Positions 8,139 to 18,091 of a stretch of DNA of 64,000 bases are shown piece after piece (the stretch's first letter is position 1; each line of letters begins with the position of its first letter). Position numbers and translations under genes: made by a program. The stretch is taken from sequence record KC690136; one strand, given 5' to 3'. Below the pieces are notes generated by a model. That model saw only the letters and a program-made list of their open reading frames with translations. It had not been told where the DNA came from and did no database searches. Origin of the DNA: Escherichia phage JES2013.

Positions 8139-10450
8139 TCACCAAGGTAATTAAAAGCAACGGATGTGAAGTGGCATTCGATCCAGAACGTTTAAATAAG
8201 GCAGCTATTTTCGGTGACGACGGTAACGGCAATTGGTCACACATTGCACTGGATGCATACAAACGACTGTATGATGGATGTACAACCAAAGAAGTTAACC
8301 AAGCTATCATAGACTCCTGTGTTAGCCGTAAAGACGAAGCACATTCCCGTATGGCTGGTCGTGTTCTTATTGGTCAGATTTATAAAGAGGCTTTTGGAGG
8401 GTTTACAAAGATCCCTTCCTTACCATCATTTTACAATACCATGGTTGAGAAAGGGTATTGGGAGGATATGGGATATAGCTTTACCGAGCTAAACACTTTA
8501 GACGCTGTTATTGACCACAGTAAAGATCTCGGTTATGGCTATGCAGTCCTTAAACAGTTTCGCGACAAATACGGGATCAAGGATACTCTTAAAGACACCT
8601 TGTTTGAATCTCCCCAGATGATGTTTATGGGGATAGCAATGGCTGTCATGAAGAATATGCCGAAAGAACGTCGTATCAACGATGTTGTAAAATTATACAC
8701 TTATCTGTCCGACTTAAAGATCAATGCCCCAACACCGTACTTAAACGGGCTGCGCACAGGTAAGACAGGGTATGCATCTTGTTGTGTAATAAAAGCTGAC
8801 GATACAGCAAAATCTATTGGTGTGGCACGTGAAGTTGCGTACACAATGACGGTTAACCAAGCAGGTATCGGCTACTATTTATCATCAAGATCTGCAGGCG
8901 ATGGTGTTCGTGGTAACACTATTAAACACATGGGTAAGATTCCATATTATCGAGGTATTGATGCTGGGGTTAAGGAGAACAGACAACAATCACGTGGCGG
9001 TTCTGCAACAGTATCATTCCTTGCACTAGACCCACAGATTGATGAGCTAATCCGTTTGAGAAACCCTATGACTGTTGCTTCAAAAAGAATCAACACCATG
9101 GACTACTCTATAGGTATTAACAGGTCGTTTATCAACCGTGTGGCTAAGAATTTAGATTGGATGCTTGTTTCTTATAAGCACGCGCCTCAACTGCATGAAG
9201 GTATCTTCACCATGTCTATGGAGGAGTTTGATGCAGAGGTTGATCGTATCGCTAAAGATGACAGTATTCCTAAAACATGGATCCGAGCTAGAGATCTTGC
9301 TGTTGAGCTGATCACGCAGCGTACCGAAGTGGGAAGGCTGTACGTATACTGGACAGATGAGATGAATAGACATACACCTTTTAAAGATGTGATCTATTCA
9401 AGTAACCTGTGTGCAGAAATAGCCCTCCCGACAAAAGGCTATTCAGATATGCGTAATATCTTCAAGTACGATGTTGATGATGGTGAGGTTGCATTGTGCT
9501 TCCTGTCATCTCTTGTAGCTGGAAGGGTTACCCCAGAGGAGTATGAGGATGTTGCATACTATACGGTGCTTATGATTGACAATGTTATGGAAATCATGAC
9601 ATATCCATATGAAAATATGGAGAGCACTGTTAAAAAACGCAGATCCATCGGGGTTGGCCTTACCAATGTTGCACATTTTATTGCCAGCCACAAGGTTACT
9701 TACGGATCTCCTGAAAGTAAACAGCTTGTTCACGATCTTGCAGAACTTCACAGCTACAGCTTGCATAAGGCAAGTTTACGGTTGGCAAAAGAGCGTGGTG
9801 TCTGCGAGTGGATGCATAAAACAAAATATCCAGAAGGTTGGTTACCAATCGACACCTATAACAAAGAGGTAGATAGCGTGGTGAAAGATCCTTCTCTTAA
9901 ACAGGATTGGGAAGGGTTACGTAAAGAAATCATTGAAAATGGTGGGCTACGTAATAGCGTTCTTGAAGCATATATGCCTAATGAAAGCTCTTCGCTGGCA
10001 ACAAACACCACTAATGGGGTTTATCCTGTCCGTGAGCACATCATCTTTAAAAAATCGCCACAAGGGCAGGTGCTGTTTATCGTTCCTGACTATGATGAGT
10101 TGAAAGAGTATTACACCTCGGCTTGGGACGTTGATACTAACGACATGATCGATATGTATGCTGTGATTCAAAAATTCACAGGTCAGGCAATCAGCGCGGA
10201 TTTATACATAGACTACACCAAGTTGAAAGATGGTAAAATTTCAATGAAGGAGCAGCTAGGGTACCTTATCCGTGCCACTAAATTTGGGATGAAGACATGG
10301 TATTATTTAAACTCTAGGGTTGGTGCTGGTGACTCCTTGGCAGAGGAACTTCATGCCAAGAAACAGGCTGAAGATGAAACCAGAAAGAACTACCCTTTGA
10401 TTGCAGATAGTTCAGTTGAAGATCCGTATTGCGAAAGCTGTGCACTATAA
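8135..10450 (+). CDS. nrdA: ribonucleotide reductase class Ia large subunit NrdA
   Basis: TTG start with GGAGG RBS; N-terminal ATP-cone; active-site NLCAEI; 771 aa. Confidence 0.9.
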   Translation: MITKVIKSNGCEVAFDPERLNKAAIFGDDGNGNWSHIALDAYKRLYDGCTTKEVNQAIIDSCVSRKDEAHSRMAGRVLIGQIYKEAFGGFTKIPSLPSFYNTMVEKGYWEDMGYSFTELNTLDAVIDHSKDLGYGYAVLKQFRDKYGIKDTLKDTLFESPQMMFMGIAMAVMKNMPKERRINDVVKLYTYLSDLKINAPTPYLNGLRTGKTGYASCCVIKADDTAKSIGVAREVAYTMTVNQAGIGYYLSSRSAGDGVRGNTIKHMGKIPYYRGIDAGVKENRQQSRGGSATVSFLALDPQIDELIRLRNPMTVASKRINTMDYSIGINRSFINRVAKNLDWMLVSYKHAPQLHEGIFTMSMEEFDAEVDRIAKDDSIPKTWIRARDLAVELITQRTEVGRLYVYWTDEMNRHTPFKDVIYSSNLCAEIALPTKGYSDMRNIFKYDVDDGEVALCFLSSLVAGRVTPEEYEDVAYYTVLMIDNVMEIMTYPYENMESTVKKRRSIGVGLTNVAHFIASHKVTYGSPESKQLVHDLAELHSYSLHKASLRLAKERGVCEWMHKTKYPEGWLPIDTYNKEVDSVVKDPSLKQDWEGLRKEIIENGGLRNSVLEAYMPNESSSLATNTTNGVYPVREHIIFKKSPQGQVLFIVPDYDELKEYYTSAWDVDTNDMIDMYAVIQKFTGQAISADLYIDYTKLKDGKISMKEQLGYLIRATKFGMKTWYYLNSRVGAGDSLAEELHAKKQAEDETRKNYPLIADSSVEDPYCESCAL

Positions 10451-10457
10451 TTTTAAA

Positions 10458-10476
10458 GGGGCTTCGGCCCCATTTT
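10458..10476 (+). terminator. short hairpin (UUCG tetraloop) + T-run between nrdA and nrdB
   Basis: GGGGC-TTCG-GCCCC followed by ATTTT. Confidence 0.4.
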
Positions 10477-10488
10477 AGAGGTAGAATA

Positions 10489-11577
10489 ATGGCTGTATTT
10501 AATGCTGAGAACACCGCTCATAAAACTGGTGACTATCCGCTGTTTCTGGGACAGCAAATGGGTATGTACGACTCTATCAACAAAAAATATCCACAACTGT
10601 TCGAACTGTACAAAAAACAAAAAGAACAAGACTGGGCAGAGGATGAAGTGGATTTGTCGCAATCTATTTCAGATTTTGTAACATGCTCCAAGTCAACTTA
10701 TGATGTGATGGTGCAGACCTTGATGTGGCAATGGGAGGCTGATAGCGTTGCGGCAAGATCGATCATCTGCCTCTTTTCACCATTCATCACTAATAGTGAG
10801 CTTTTCACTCTATTGATGAAACAGTCAGAGATTGAAGTTCTTCACGCACTAACTTACTCAGAGATTGTTAGACAATGCCTCCCCAATGCCCGTGAGATTA
10901 TAGAAGAGATTCAGGAAAACCAAAACGTTCTGAGCAGATCTGGCGTTATTGTCAAATACATGCAAGAGCTTGAGGTTATTGGTGCAAAATACCGACTGGA
11001 TCCTTCTAGTGTTGAAGAAGATATTGTGCGGAAATGCATTCTTAGAGCGCTTTTTGCACTTTTAGCCCTGGAAAGTATTGAGTTTATTGCAAGTTTTGCA
11101 TGCACTTTCGCAGTAGCTGAACAGGGTATTTTTGTTCAGGTGGCGCAGCTTGTTCAAAAAATCATGCTTGACGAAATGCTACATTCGAAAGGTGATTTTG
11201 CCATCATTGATATCCTGCTTAATGATCCGGCATGGGAGAAAAGCTTCCTTGAGATAAAAGGGGAGTTAAAAGAGATTCTTGATGAAGTACGAACCAAAGA
11301 GTACGGTTGGAGTGACTATATTTTCAGCGAAGGAAGAGCGATTATAGGTCTTAACTCACCGTTGCTTAAAGAATGGGTTGACTATAACTGCTCACCGATT
11401 TATGATTACTACGGCATCGACAAAGACTTTGTGCCGCCAACAAAGGACCCTCTACCGTTTATGCAGGTGTGGATGAAACCTTCATTGCAACAGACGGCGA
11501 ACCAAGAAATGTCGAACACTGACTACCGCGTCAACACAACTGTTAATGACGCTGAAGAAGAAATTTGGGAGTTTTAA
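10489..11577 (+). CDS. nrdB: ribonucleotide reductase small subunit NrdB
   Basis: Operon position after nrdA; ATG 10489 after GAGG RBS; ferritin-like E/H-rich protein. Confidence 0.85.
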   Translation: MAVFNAENTAHKTGDYPLFLGQQMGMYDSINKKYPQLFELYKKQKEQDWAEDEVDLSQSISDFVTCSKSTYDVMVQTLMWQWEADSVAARSIICLFSPFITNSELFTLLMKQSEIEVLHALTYSEIVRQCLPNAREIIEEIQENQNVLSRSGVIVKYMQELEVIGAKYRLDPSSVEEDIVRKCILRALFALLALESIEFIASFACTFAVAEQGIFVQVAQLVQKIMLDEMLHSKGDFAIIDILLNDPAWEKSFLEIKGELKEILDEVRTKEYGWSDYIFSEGRAIIGLNSPLLKEWVDYNCSPIYDYYGIDKDFVPPTKDPLPFMQVWMKPSLQQTANQEMSNTDYRVNTTVNDAEEEIWEF

Positions 11578-11580
11578 TAC

Positions 11581-11859
11581 ATGAGCTGTGAAAAATCTTT
11601 TTTCTTTATTATTTACGGTAAAGATAACTGCCCACATTGTGTAAGAGCAAAAGAATTTGCAGTCAGTAAAGGTCTGCCTTTTGTATATAAGACACTTGGC
11701 GAGGGTTACACAAAAGAAGAGCTTATCGAGAAGTGCAGTCCAATCGTACCCAGAACGTTGCCGCAGATCTTCTTAGAAAGCAATCTTGAAAGTGTCCATA
11801 TAGGCGGTGCCGACGATTTCATCTCTTTTGTTAAGAATGGTTTTGGAGAGAAAAAGTGA
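11581..11859 (+). CDS. glutaredoxin-like protein (RNR reductant)
   Basis: CPHC active site; TLPQIF...GGADDF glutaredoxin signature. Confidence 0.7.
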   Translation: MSCEKSFFFIIYGKDNCPHCVRAKEFAVSKGLPFVYKTLGEGYTKEELIEKCSPIVPRTLPQIFLESNLESVHIGGADDFISFVKNGFGEKK

Positions 11860-13979
11860 AAGTTGTAAAACGGGACGGTAGAGAAGAGGTCTATAACGGA
11901 ATTAAGGTGATCAAGGCGGCAGAGTCCGCCTTACTTGAGTCTGGACATACTGAAGAAGAAGCTTACCGGATCGCCTGCGCGGTTAATGAAGTTGTTGCTA
12001 ACAATCTACCAACCGACCAGTGCACGATCTCTGTAAAAAATATCCATATCCTTGTTGAAGACGCTCTTATGGATATGGGTTTAAAATGTGCAGCCAGAGA
12101 ATACATCCAGTATAGGCAGACAAGAGATAATAACAGAGAGGCAGGTGGAAAACTGCTTGCAGATATTAGTGGCTTCTTGGATCGCACTTGTGATGAATTT
12201 ACAAAAGAAAACGCAAATAAGCCTACCAATCATGTACACACTCATCGTGACCTGCTTGCAGGCATCCTTAGCAAACACCTTGCATCAACACAGATCCTGC
12301 CAGACCGTGTCTCAGAAGAGCACAATAAAGGCTTCATCCATGTGCATGATCTTGACTACTTGATCAGTCCGTTAACAAACTGTTGTTTGGTAAATTATCC
12401 AGATATGTTGGAAAACGGATTCAACATTGGCAACGCCCATGTCAGTAAGCCGAAGTCAATAGGGGTTGCAACAACAATCCTTAGCCAAATCTCTAGTGCA
12501 GTAGCTAGTGCTCAATATGGAGGTCAGACTATGAGCCATATTGATCATTATCTGGCACAGTATGCTGAGGCGACCTATGAGAAGAATCTTAAATTTTGCC
12601 AGGAACACTGGTTGCCAGATGCTGAGACTGTTGCAATGCAAATGACAGATAAAGACGTATTTGACAGCATGCAGACTTTGCTCTATCAAATCAATACGTT
12701 AACCTCTGTCAACGGGCAAACTCCATTCATCACATTAAGTTTAGGACTGGATACCTCGGTCTTTGGTAGAATGATTACCAAAAACTACTTGAAAGTCCAC
12801 AAAATGGGTCTTGGTGAAGAACGTATCACACCTGTGTTCCCTAAAGTGCTGTTCTTCCTAGAAGAGGGTGTCAACATGAGCCCTGGAGATCCCAACTATG
12901 ATTTGAAACGATTAGCTCTGGAATGCTCTGCAGAGCGGATTTATCCTGACTTTGTTTCTGTTCCACTAAATCGTAAAGTGACAGGCTCGACAGATGGCAA
13001 AGTAACGAGCATGGGTTGCCGGAGTTTTCTTAGCAAATACAATGACTTGGAAACAGGCGAGGAGAAATACCTTGGTAGATTTAACTTAGGCGTTGTTAGC
13101 CTTAACCTGCCAATGATTGCGGCAAAAGCTAAAACGGAAGGTGTTGATTTCTTTGCAGTTCTTGACGAATACCTGGATCTTGCATACGAGGCTCACCTTG
13201 TAAGGGTTAACCGTCTAAAAGGAACAAAGGCAGGGCAGAACCCTATCATGTGGTGTGAAGGCGCTCTTGCTCGCCTGGATCCTGAAGAGAGTATTGATAA
13301 ACTCTTCTATGACGGGTACGCTTCCATCAGTATTGGGTATATTGGTGTGTATGAAACCTGTCAGATTTTGGGCAGGGAGGGTGACAAGGCTTTAGCTCTT
13401 GGAATACTCCAGCACATGAGAGATGCTTGTGAGCGATACAAGAAGGAAAGTAGACTAGCGTTTAGCTTGTACGGCACCCCTTCTGAGAGTCTATGCTATA
13501 AAGCTGCAACCTGTCTGGATCGTGAATATCCTGAAGTGTTGAAGCATGAGCATGAATACCTCACCAACAGTTTCCATCAGCCAGTATGGATAAATAGCTC
13601 TCCTTTTGATAAGTGGGAATACGAGGAAGGTTTTGCTATGATCTCCTCTGGTGGCAACATCGGATACGTAGAGACACCAAATCTGAAAAACAACTTAGAT
13701 GCTTTAGAGGCTCTTGTTGACTTCGGGTATAAACACATTATGTATTTTGGTATCAACCAGCCTGTGGATAAATGTCTTAAGTGTGGTTTCTCTGGTGAGT
13801 TCAGTGCAACAGCTAAGGGATTCGTATGCCCGGAGTGTGGAAACCATGAAGAGGGAACGATCAGTGTGATCAGACGTGTATCCGGGTACCTGTCTAGTCC
13901 AAACTCCCGTCCTTACAATAAAGGTAAGCAAGCGGAAGTTATAGAACGGGTTAAGCACTACGGAAGTTGTGGTTGCTGA
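11856..13979 (+). CDS. nrdD: anaerobic ribonucleoside-triphosphate reductase NrdD
   Basis: C-terminal glycyl-radical motif RVSGYL and CPECG zinc site; 707 aa. Confidence 0.85.
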   Translation: MKVVKRDGREEVYNGIKVIKAAESALLESGHTEEEAYRIACAVNEVVANNLPTDQCTISVKNIHILVEDALMDMGLKCAAREYIQYRQTRDNNREAGGKLLADISGFLDRTCDEFTKENANKPTNHVHTHRDLLAGILSKHLASTQILPDRVSEEHNKGFIHVHDLDYLISPLTNCCLVNYPDMLENGFNIGNAHVSKPKSIGVATTILSQISSAVASAQYGGQTMSHIDHYLAQYAEATYEKNLKFCQEHWLPDAETVAMQMTDKDVFDSMQTLLYQINTLTSVNGQTPFITLSLGLDTSVFGRMITKNYLKVHKMGLGEERITPVFPKVLFFLEEGVNMSPGDPNYDLKRLALECSAERIYPDFVSVPLNRKVTGSTDGKVTSMGCRSFLSKYNDLETGEEKYLGRFNLGVVSLNLPMIAAKAKTEGVDFFAVLDEYLDLAYEAHLVRVNRLKGTKAGQNPIMWCEGALARLDPEESIDKLFYDGYASISIGYIGVYETCQILGREGDKALALGILQHMRDACERYKKESRLAFSLYGTPSESLCYKAATCLDREYPEVLKHEHEYLTNSFHQPVWINSSPFDKWEYEEGFAMISSGGNIGYVETPNLKNNLDALEALVDFGYKHIMYFGINQPVDKCLKCGFSGEFSATAKGFVCPECGNHEEGTISVIRRVSGYLSSPNSRPYNKGKQAEVIERVKHYGSCGC

Positions 13980-14042
13980 TACTTGACAAAAGCCACAAGG
14001 ATGTGGCATATTATTGACACACAGTGAGCTAGGAGGTACAGT

Positions 14043-14159
14043 ATGTCTACAGGTATTTATAAAATTTGCAAGTGTGGTTGTCGTTGCAATCTTCGTTGGT
14101 GCAAGGCACTGGACGATTTTATTTGGCATTGCCCTAAATGTGATGCGGAGTATCTATGA
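14043..14159 (+). CDS. small Cys-rich zinc-ribbon protein (38 aa)
   Basis: AGGAGG RBS 6 nt before ATG; CKCGCRC...CPKC; stop overlaps nrdG ATG. Confidence 0.4.
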   Translation: MSTGIYKICKCGCRCNLRWCKALDDFIWHCPKCDAEYL

Positions 14160-14629
14160 ATATTGCCGGATACACAGAAATATCTTACACCGAAGGGCCA
14201 GGTATTAGAACTGCCTTATGGGTATCTGGGTGCCCACACGCTTGCCCTGGTTGCTTTAATCAGGCATTTTGGTCAAAAGATAAGGGGAGAGAGTTTACTG
14301 AAGAAGACTTGCAAAAAATCTTGTCAGATTTAGATAACCCGTCTGTGTGCGGTATCTCTCTGCTGGGTGGAGAACCCTTAGCATACTATAATGAGCCAGA
14401 TATTATTAGCCTGATGGAGAAAATTAAGGAAAAATTTGGTGACAAGAAAACTATTCTTGTATATACTGGGTTCACATTTGACCATATCTCTAGTGATGTT
14501 CTTAAACTGGCTGATATCATCATTGACGGTAAGTATGTAAAAGATTTACCAACCAAGAAACCGTTCCGAGGCAGTGATAACCAAAGAATGTTTAAAAAAG
14601 TATCAGGCGGTTGGGTCCAGGTAGACTAG
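14156..14629 (+). CDS. nrdG: anaerobic RNR activating enzyme NrdG (radical SAM)
   Basis: CxxxCxxC motif GCPHACPGC; directly downstream of nrdD. Confidence 0.85.
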   Translation: MNIAGYTEISYTEGPGIRTALWVSGCPHACPGCFNQAFWSKDKGREFTEEDLQKILSDLDNPSVCGISLLGGEPLAYYNEPDIISLMEKIKEKFGDKKTILVYTGFTFDHISSDVLKLADIIIDGKYVKDLPTKKPFRGSDNQRMFKKVSGGWVQVD

Positions 14630-14632
14630 CTG

Positions 14633-14662
14633 TTGACAAAGCTTTGTTTAGATAGGTATAAT
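14633..14662 (+). promoter_or_regulatory. sigma70-type promoter
   Basis: TTGACA (14633-14638), 18-nt spacer, TATAAT (14657-14662). Confidence 0.6.
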
Positions 14663-14694
14663 TATCGTAAAATGAAAGCAGAGGAGGTGCCAAA

Positions 14695-14805
14695 TGGCTA
14701 AAAAAGCCTTGAAGAAGGCGTACAAAAAAGAAATTGCGCTTGAGCTCAAGAAAAAACACAAGCGTGAAAAGAAACATCATGAGGATGAAGAGGGGGTGCA
14801 ACAGT
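14695..14805 (+). CDS. small lysine-rich peptide (36 aa)
   Basis: GAGGAGG RBS then ATG 14695; MAKKALKKAYKKEIALELKKKHKREKKHHEDEEGVQQ. Confidence 0.4.
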
Positions 14806-15154
14806 GACACAAGAACGTATCGATTTGGCTAATAAGTTTGTAGATCTCATTTTGCCACGGTTAGTTACTCAACATGCAGACGCTATTTCTACTAATCTTG
14901 ATGGCTTACGCCTAATGCTGAATCGCACAGATGACCCTCGTATTCGGGCTGATTTAGAAGCCTCTGCCAACAAACTGGAAAAGTTCTTGCAAGTAGACAC
15001 GCAAGAAGCCTTACACAAGATTATGGTGGAAGGTTTCTCTAAAGAATTTACCATTAAAGAGCTTAAGGAGCTGATCCACCAAGAAGAGATGAATATCCGA
15101 GTTCAGGCTGTTGCAAGCAGCATGGAAGCGGCTATTGAAAAACTGTTGCAGTAA
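14804..15154 (+). CDS. hypothetical protein
   Basis: GTG start overlapping upstream stop; GAGGGGG RBS. Confidence 0.45.
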   Translation: MTQERIDLANKFVDLILPRLVTQHADAISTNLDGLRLMLNRTDDPRIRADLEASANKLEKFLQVDTQEALHKIMVEGFSKEFTIKELKELIHQEEMNIRVQAVASSMEAAIEKLLQ

Positions 15155-15192
15155 AAGTACTTGGCACATCTCAATCTGAAAGGAGTCCCAAC

Positions 15193-15981
15193 ATGGGTCG
15201 AGCTAAAGAAACAAAACGCATGCGTGATGAAGCTAGAGAGGCTCGCAAATCTGATCGCCTGCGTAAGGCTGCTGAGAAATTTGCTGACGAAAGAGAGCAC
15301 ACCGCTCCAGCTCTCCGACCAATGAATAAGAAGCAGCAAAAGTATCTTGATTATCTAGGGTCACGTAAGATTATCATTGTAAACGGTGTGTTTGGATCTG
15401 GTAAGACATTCATGGCATCTGCCTATGCAGGTGATCTTCTGCGTAAGAACGAGATTGATAAGATCATTGTTGCACGTCCTTACGTTCAGACAGGAAAGAC
15501 TTCAGGATTTAAACCTGGAAATGCAATGCAGAAACTGTGGCCCTATCTTCGAAGCATGATGGACACGATTTGTCGTCGTGTTGGCAAAGGTGCTTTTGCC
15601 GCAATGCTGGGAGACGGTCAGAACAGCCGTATCGAGATTTGTGAGGTTGAAAGCATTCGTGGTCGTAGTTTCGATGAGCGATGCTTTGTCCTGATTGACG
15701 AGGCACAGCAAACTAACCCTGAAGAAATGTTGTCAATTATCACAAGGATCTCTGATCAGGCCACCCTTGTAATTATGGGCGATAATAGCCAACGTGACAT
15801 CCCTGGTAAATCTGGCCTTGCATGGGTGACGGATTTCTTTACTCGTCATCCAGATCCTGAGGTTGGAATGATCAGCTTTGATAGTCCAGACGATGTTGTT
15901 CGTTCCGGGTTGGGTCGTCAGATTGCACTCAATCTTATTGAGGATCGTGCAAATCATATTTGGACCCCTGTTTCCGAGTAA
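15193..15981 (+). CDS. phoH: PhoH-like ATPase
   Basis: Walker A GVFGSGKT in PhoH context; GGAG RBS. Confidence 0.75.
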   Translation: MGRAKETKRMRDEAREARKSDRLRKAAEKFADEREHTAPALRPMNKKQQKYLDYLGSRKIIIVNGVFGSGKTFMASAYAGDLLRKNEIDKIIVARPYVQTGKTSGFKPGNAMQKLWPYLRSMMDTICRRVGKGAFAAMLGDGQNSRIEICEVESIRGRSFDERCFVLIDEAQQTNPEEMLSIITRISDQATLVIMGDNSQRDIPGKSGLAWVTDFFTRHPDPEVGMISFDSPDDVVRSGLGRQIALNLIEDRANHIWTPVSE

Positions 15982-16025
15982 TACAGAAGGGTGGTTATTC
16001 CACCCTTAGATATCTAAAACAGTTG

Positions 16026-16054
16026 TTGACAAACAGGTAAGATTTAGATATTAT
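16026..16054 (+). promoter_or_regulatory. sigma70-type promoter
   Basis: TTGACA (16026-16031), 17-nt spacer, TATTAT (16049-16054). Confidence 0.6.
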
Positions 16055-16084
16055 TACCGGACAAGACAAGGAGAAGGAGATAGT

Positions 16085-16396
16085 ATGGCTACAATACAAG
16101 AGAGACTGAATAAAATATACTGCCTGTTTGTCTATAACGGCGAGACAATTTTGGCAAATAAAGGATCCAAGAATGTGTGGATCAAGGACAGGGGTGGTAA
16201 TATAATCAACTTAGCGTTGCTACGTGAGCGCCGACACAGATTCTTTATCGAGTCTCGGATTATTGAAAGCAGCACCTGCTACAGAACAGGCGATAAAGTA
16301 ATTGTTGACAATGATACGTGGTATGTGGTAGACTGGCAATCATTGAGCTGTGATGCTTCTGACAATCGTAAGTATTCCCTAGTGATTGCTAAATAA
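16085..16396 (+). CDS. hypothetical protein
   Basis: AAGGAGAAGGAGA RBS then ATG. Confidence 0.5.
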   Translation: MATIQERLNKIYCLFVYNGETILANKGSKNVWIKDRGGNIINLALLRERRHRFFIESRIIESSTCYRTGDKVIVDNDTWYVVDWQSLSCDASDNRKYSLVIAK

Positions 16397-16456
16397 AGGT
16401 AAATGTGAATCAGGTTTAAATAAATAGCTTTCAACTTCCAATATTAAGGATTTCTC

Positions 16457-17506
16457 ATGAATTTAACACCTCGCAGCACCATGGTACACGGCATGAAAGA
16501 AAAACAGAACGGTTTCGAACCTATGAGTAATAAAATGTTTGGTATGCCGGGTGGTATTATGGAAACATACAGCTACCCAACACCTGTTGTTGACCACGTT
16601 CTTTATATCGACGATTTGGAAGACTTACAAGATCATATGTCTCGTCTGCAGACGATCCGTATGGCTCAGCCGGAAGAAAGCATTCGGGTGATCATCAATA
16701 GCCCTGGGGGTTGCGTGCACATTGCAATGGCTTATCTGCAGGCATTCCGCGAGTCTCAGGCAAGCGTTGTTGCACATGCTGAAGGGATGTGCTGCTCTGC
16801 TGGAACAATCTTATGGCTTGGTTGTAAAGAACGTACTGTGGCTCCGGACACAGAGTTTATGTTCCACTACTATCAAGGTGGCACTTATGGTAACGGTGTG
16901 AACATGAATACTCAGGTCAGCTACTGGAAAAAACGTTTTGAACGCCTGATCGAAAAATACTACGGTGGGGTGCTGACAGAAGATGAGATCGCATCCATCA
17001 CAGCTGGTGGCGAAGTGTGGTTGGACGGAGAAGAGCTGGCAGCACGCACTGGAGCTATTATTCTGGATGAAGGCAACATACAACGCATCCAGAACGGACA
17101 AAAACCGAAAAAGCTTCTGGCAAAAGGTGATGAAGAAGGCGTGTTAGGTGAAGCAGGTCTTCCGGAGATTCACCAGTGCACATCTTTAGATGAGTTAGTT
17201 CATGCTGTTGAATCTGCAAAAGCGGGTGGTTCGAAAGGTGATGTTCACACTGTGTTCCTGAATCTGCAGATGGAAAGTGGCGAGACCGTCAGAATTGCCC
17301 TGGGTGAGATTACTTCAGAAGATCTGCAGAGATTCTCTGTCGTTGAACTTCAGGATATTCTGTCTCAATTGAAGACTACTCTGAACGGCGGTGAAGAGGT
17401 TAAGGTGAAAGATAAGACGCGCAAGCGTCTGGTGGACAATATTATTAAAACAGCAAAAGAGCTCAATGAAAAAATCCTGGGTGCAGGAATTGTCGAAGAA
17501 GCTTAA
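16457..17506 (+). CDS. ClpP-like serine protease (S14 family) with C-terminal extension
   Basis: INSPGG motif, Ser in CCSAGT, His in MFHYYQGG, aligning with ClpP catalytic residues. Confidence 0.6.
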   Translation: MNLTPRSTMVHGMKEKQNGFEPMSNKMFGMPGGIMETYSYPTPVVDHVLYIDDLEDLQDHMSRLQTIRMAQPEESIRVIINSPGGCVHIAMAYLQAFRESQASVVAHAEGMCCSAGTILWLGCKERTVAPDTEFMFHYYQGGTYGNGVNMNTQVSYWKKRFERLIEKYYGGVLTEDEIASITAGGEVWLDGEELAARTGAIILDEGNIQRIQNGQKPKKLLAKGDEEGVLGEAGLPEIHQCTSLDELVHAVESAKAGGSKGDVHTVFLNLQMESGETVRIALGEITSEDLQRFSVVELQDILSQLKTTLNGGEEVKVKDKTRKRLVDNIIKTAKELNEKILGAGIVEEA

Positions 17507-17517
17507 ACATTAATTCT

Positions 17518-17541
17518 AAAGCCCTCTTCGGAGGGCTTTTA
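17518..17541 (+). terminator. intrinsic terminator
   Basis: GCCCTC-TTCG-GAGGGC followed by TTTT. Confidence 0.65.
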
Positions 17542-17557
17542 TGATCTGGAGATTTGC

Positions 17558-18091
17558 ATGACTTGTGCTAGAAAACCTGATGAACAACGTAACGCCTACG
17601 ATGAGTATGTGACACCGGAGTGGTGTGCAGAAGGGCTGTATGACCTTATTCCGTTCCCAGAAGACTGGACCTACTTAGAGCCTTGCAGGAATAGTGCCTC
17701 AGGTGTGTTCTACTCCCGTATGCCGTTAGGATCTGCATGGGGAGAAATCCAAGAAGGTGTTGACTATCTGAATACAGAATACAACCATGTTGACTGTATT
17801 ATCACCAACCCGCCGTACAGCCTGGCTCGTGAGTTTGTGGACAAGGCGTTGAAAGATGCCGACGTAGTTATTATGCTTTTGCGTCTTAATTTTCTGGAAA
17901 GCAAGGCCAGATTTGAATGGTGGCTTGATAATGCACCTACCACTGTGATCACAATATCTAAGCGCCCGTCATTCCAATCCAATGGTAGAACGGATGGGCA
18001 GGCATATGCATATTTTGTATGGGACAAGAAAAACCGTCTAGACTTGCCGCCATTTATGTGGTTGGCACCACCAGAGGCAGATTTGAAATGA
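17558..18091 (+). CDS. small DNA N6-adenine methyltransferase-like protein
   Basis: Motif IV NPPY (CIITNPPYSLA); 177 aa. Confidence 0.45.
   Translation: MTCARKPDEQRNAYDEYVTPEWCAEGLYDLIPFPEDWTYLEPCRNSASGVFYSRMPLGSAWGEIQEGVDYLNTEYNHVDCIITNPPYSLAREFVDKALKDADVVIMLLRLNFLESKARFEWWLDNAPTTVITISKRPSFQSNGRTDGQAYAYFVWDKKNRLDLPPFMWLAPPEADLK

Noticed and set aside
8135-13979. Group I introns or inteins in nrd genes (as in T4 nrdB/nrdD)
   Set aside because: nrdA, nrdB and nrdD are continuous ORFs of normal length with conserved motifs in place; there is no internal non-coding insertion.
14014-14208. Track ORF 14014-14208 between nrdD and nrdG
   Set aside because: The alternative frame 14043-14159 has a canonical AGGAGG RBS and is coupled to nrdG; the track ORF has no RBS and overlaps the nrdG start out of frame.
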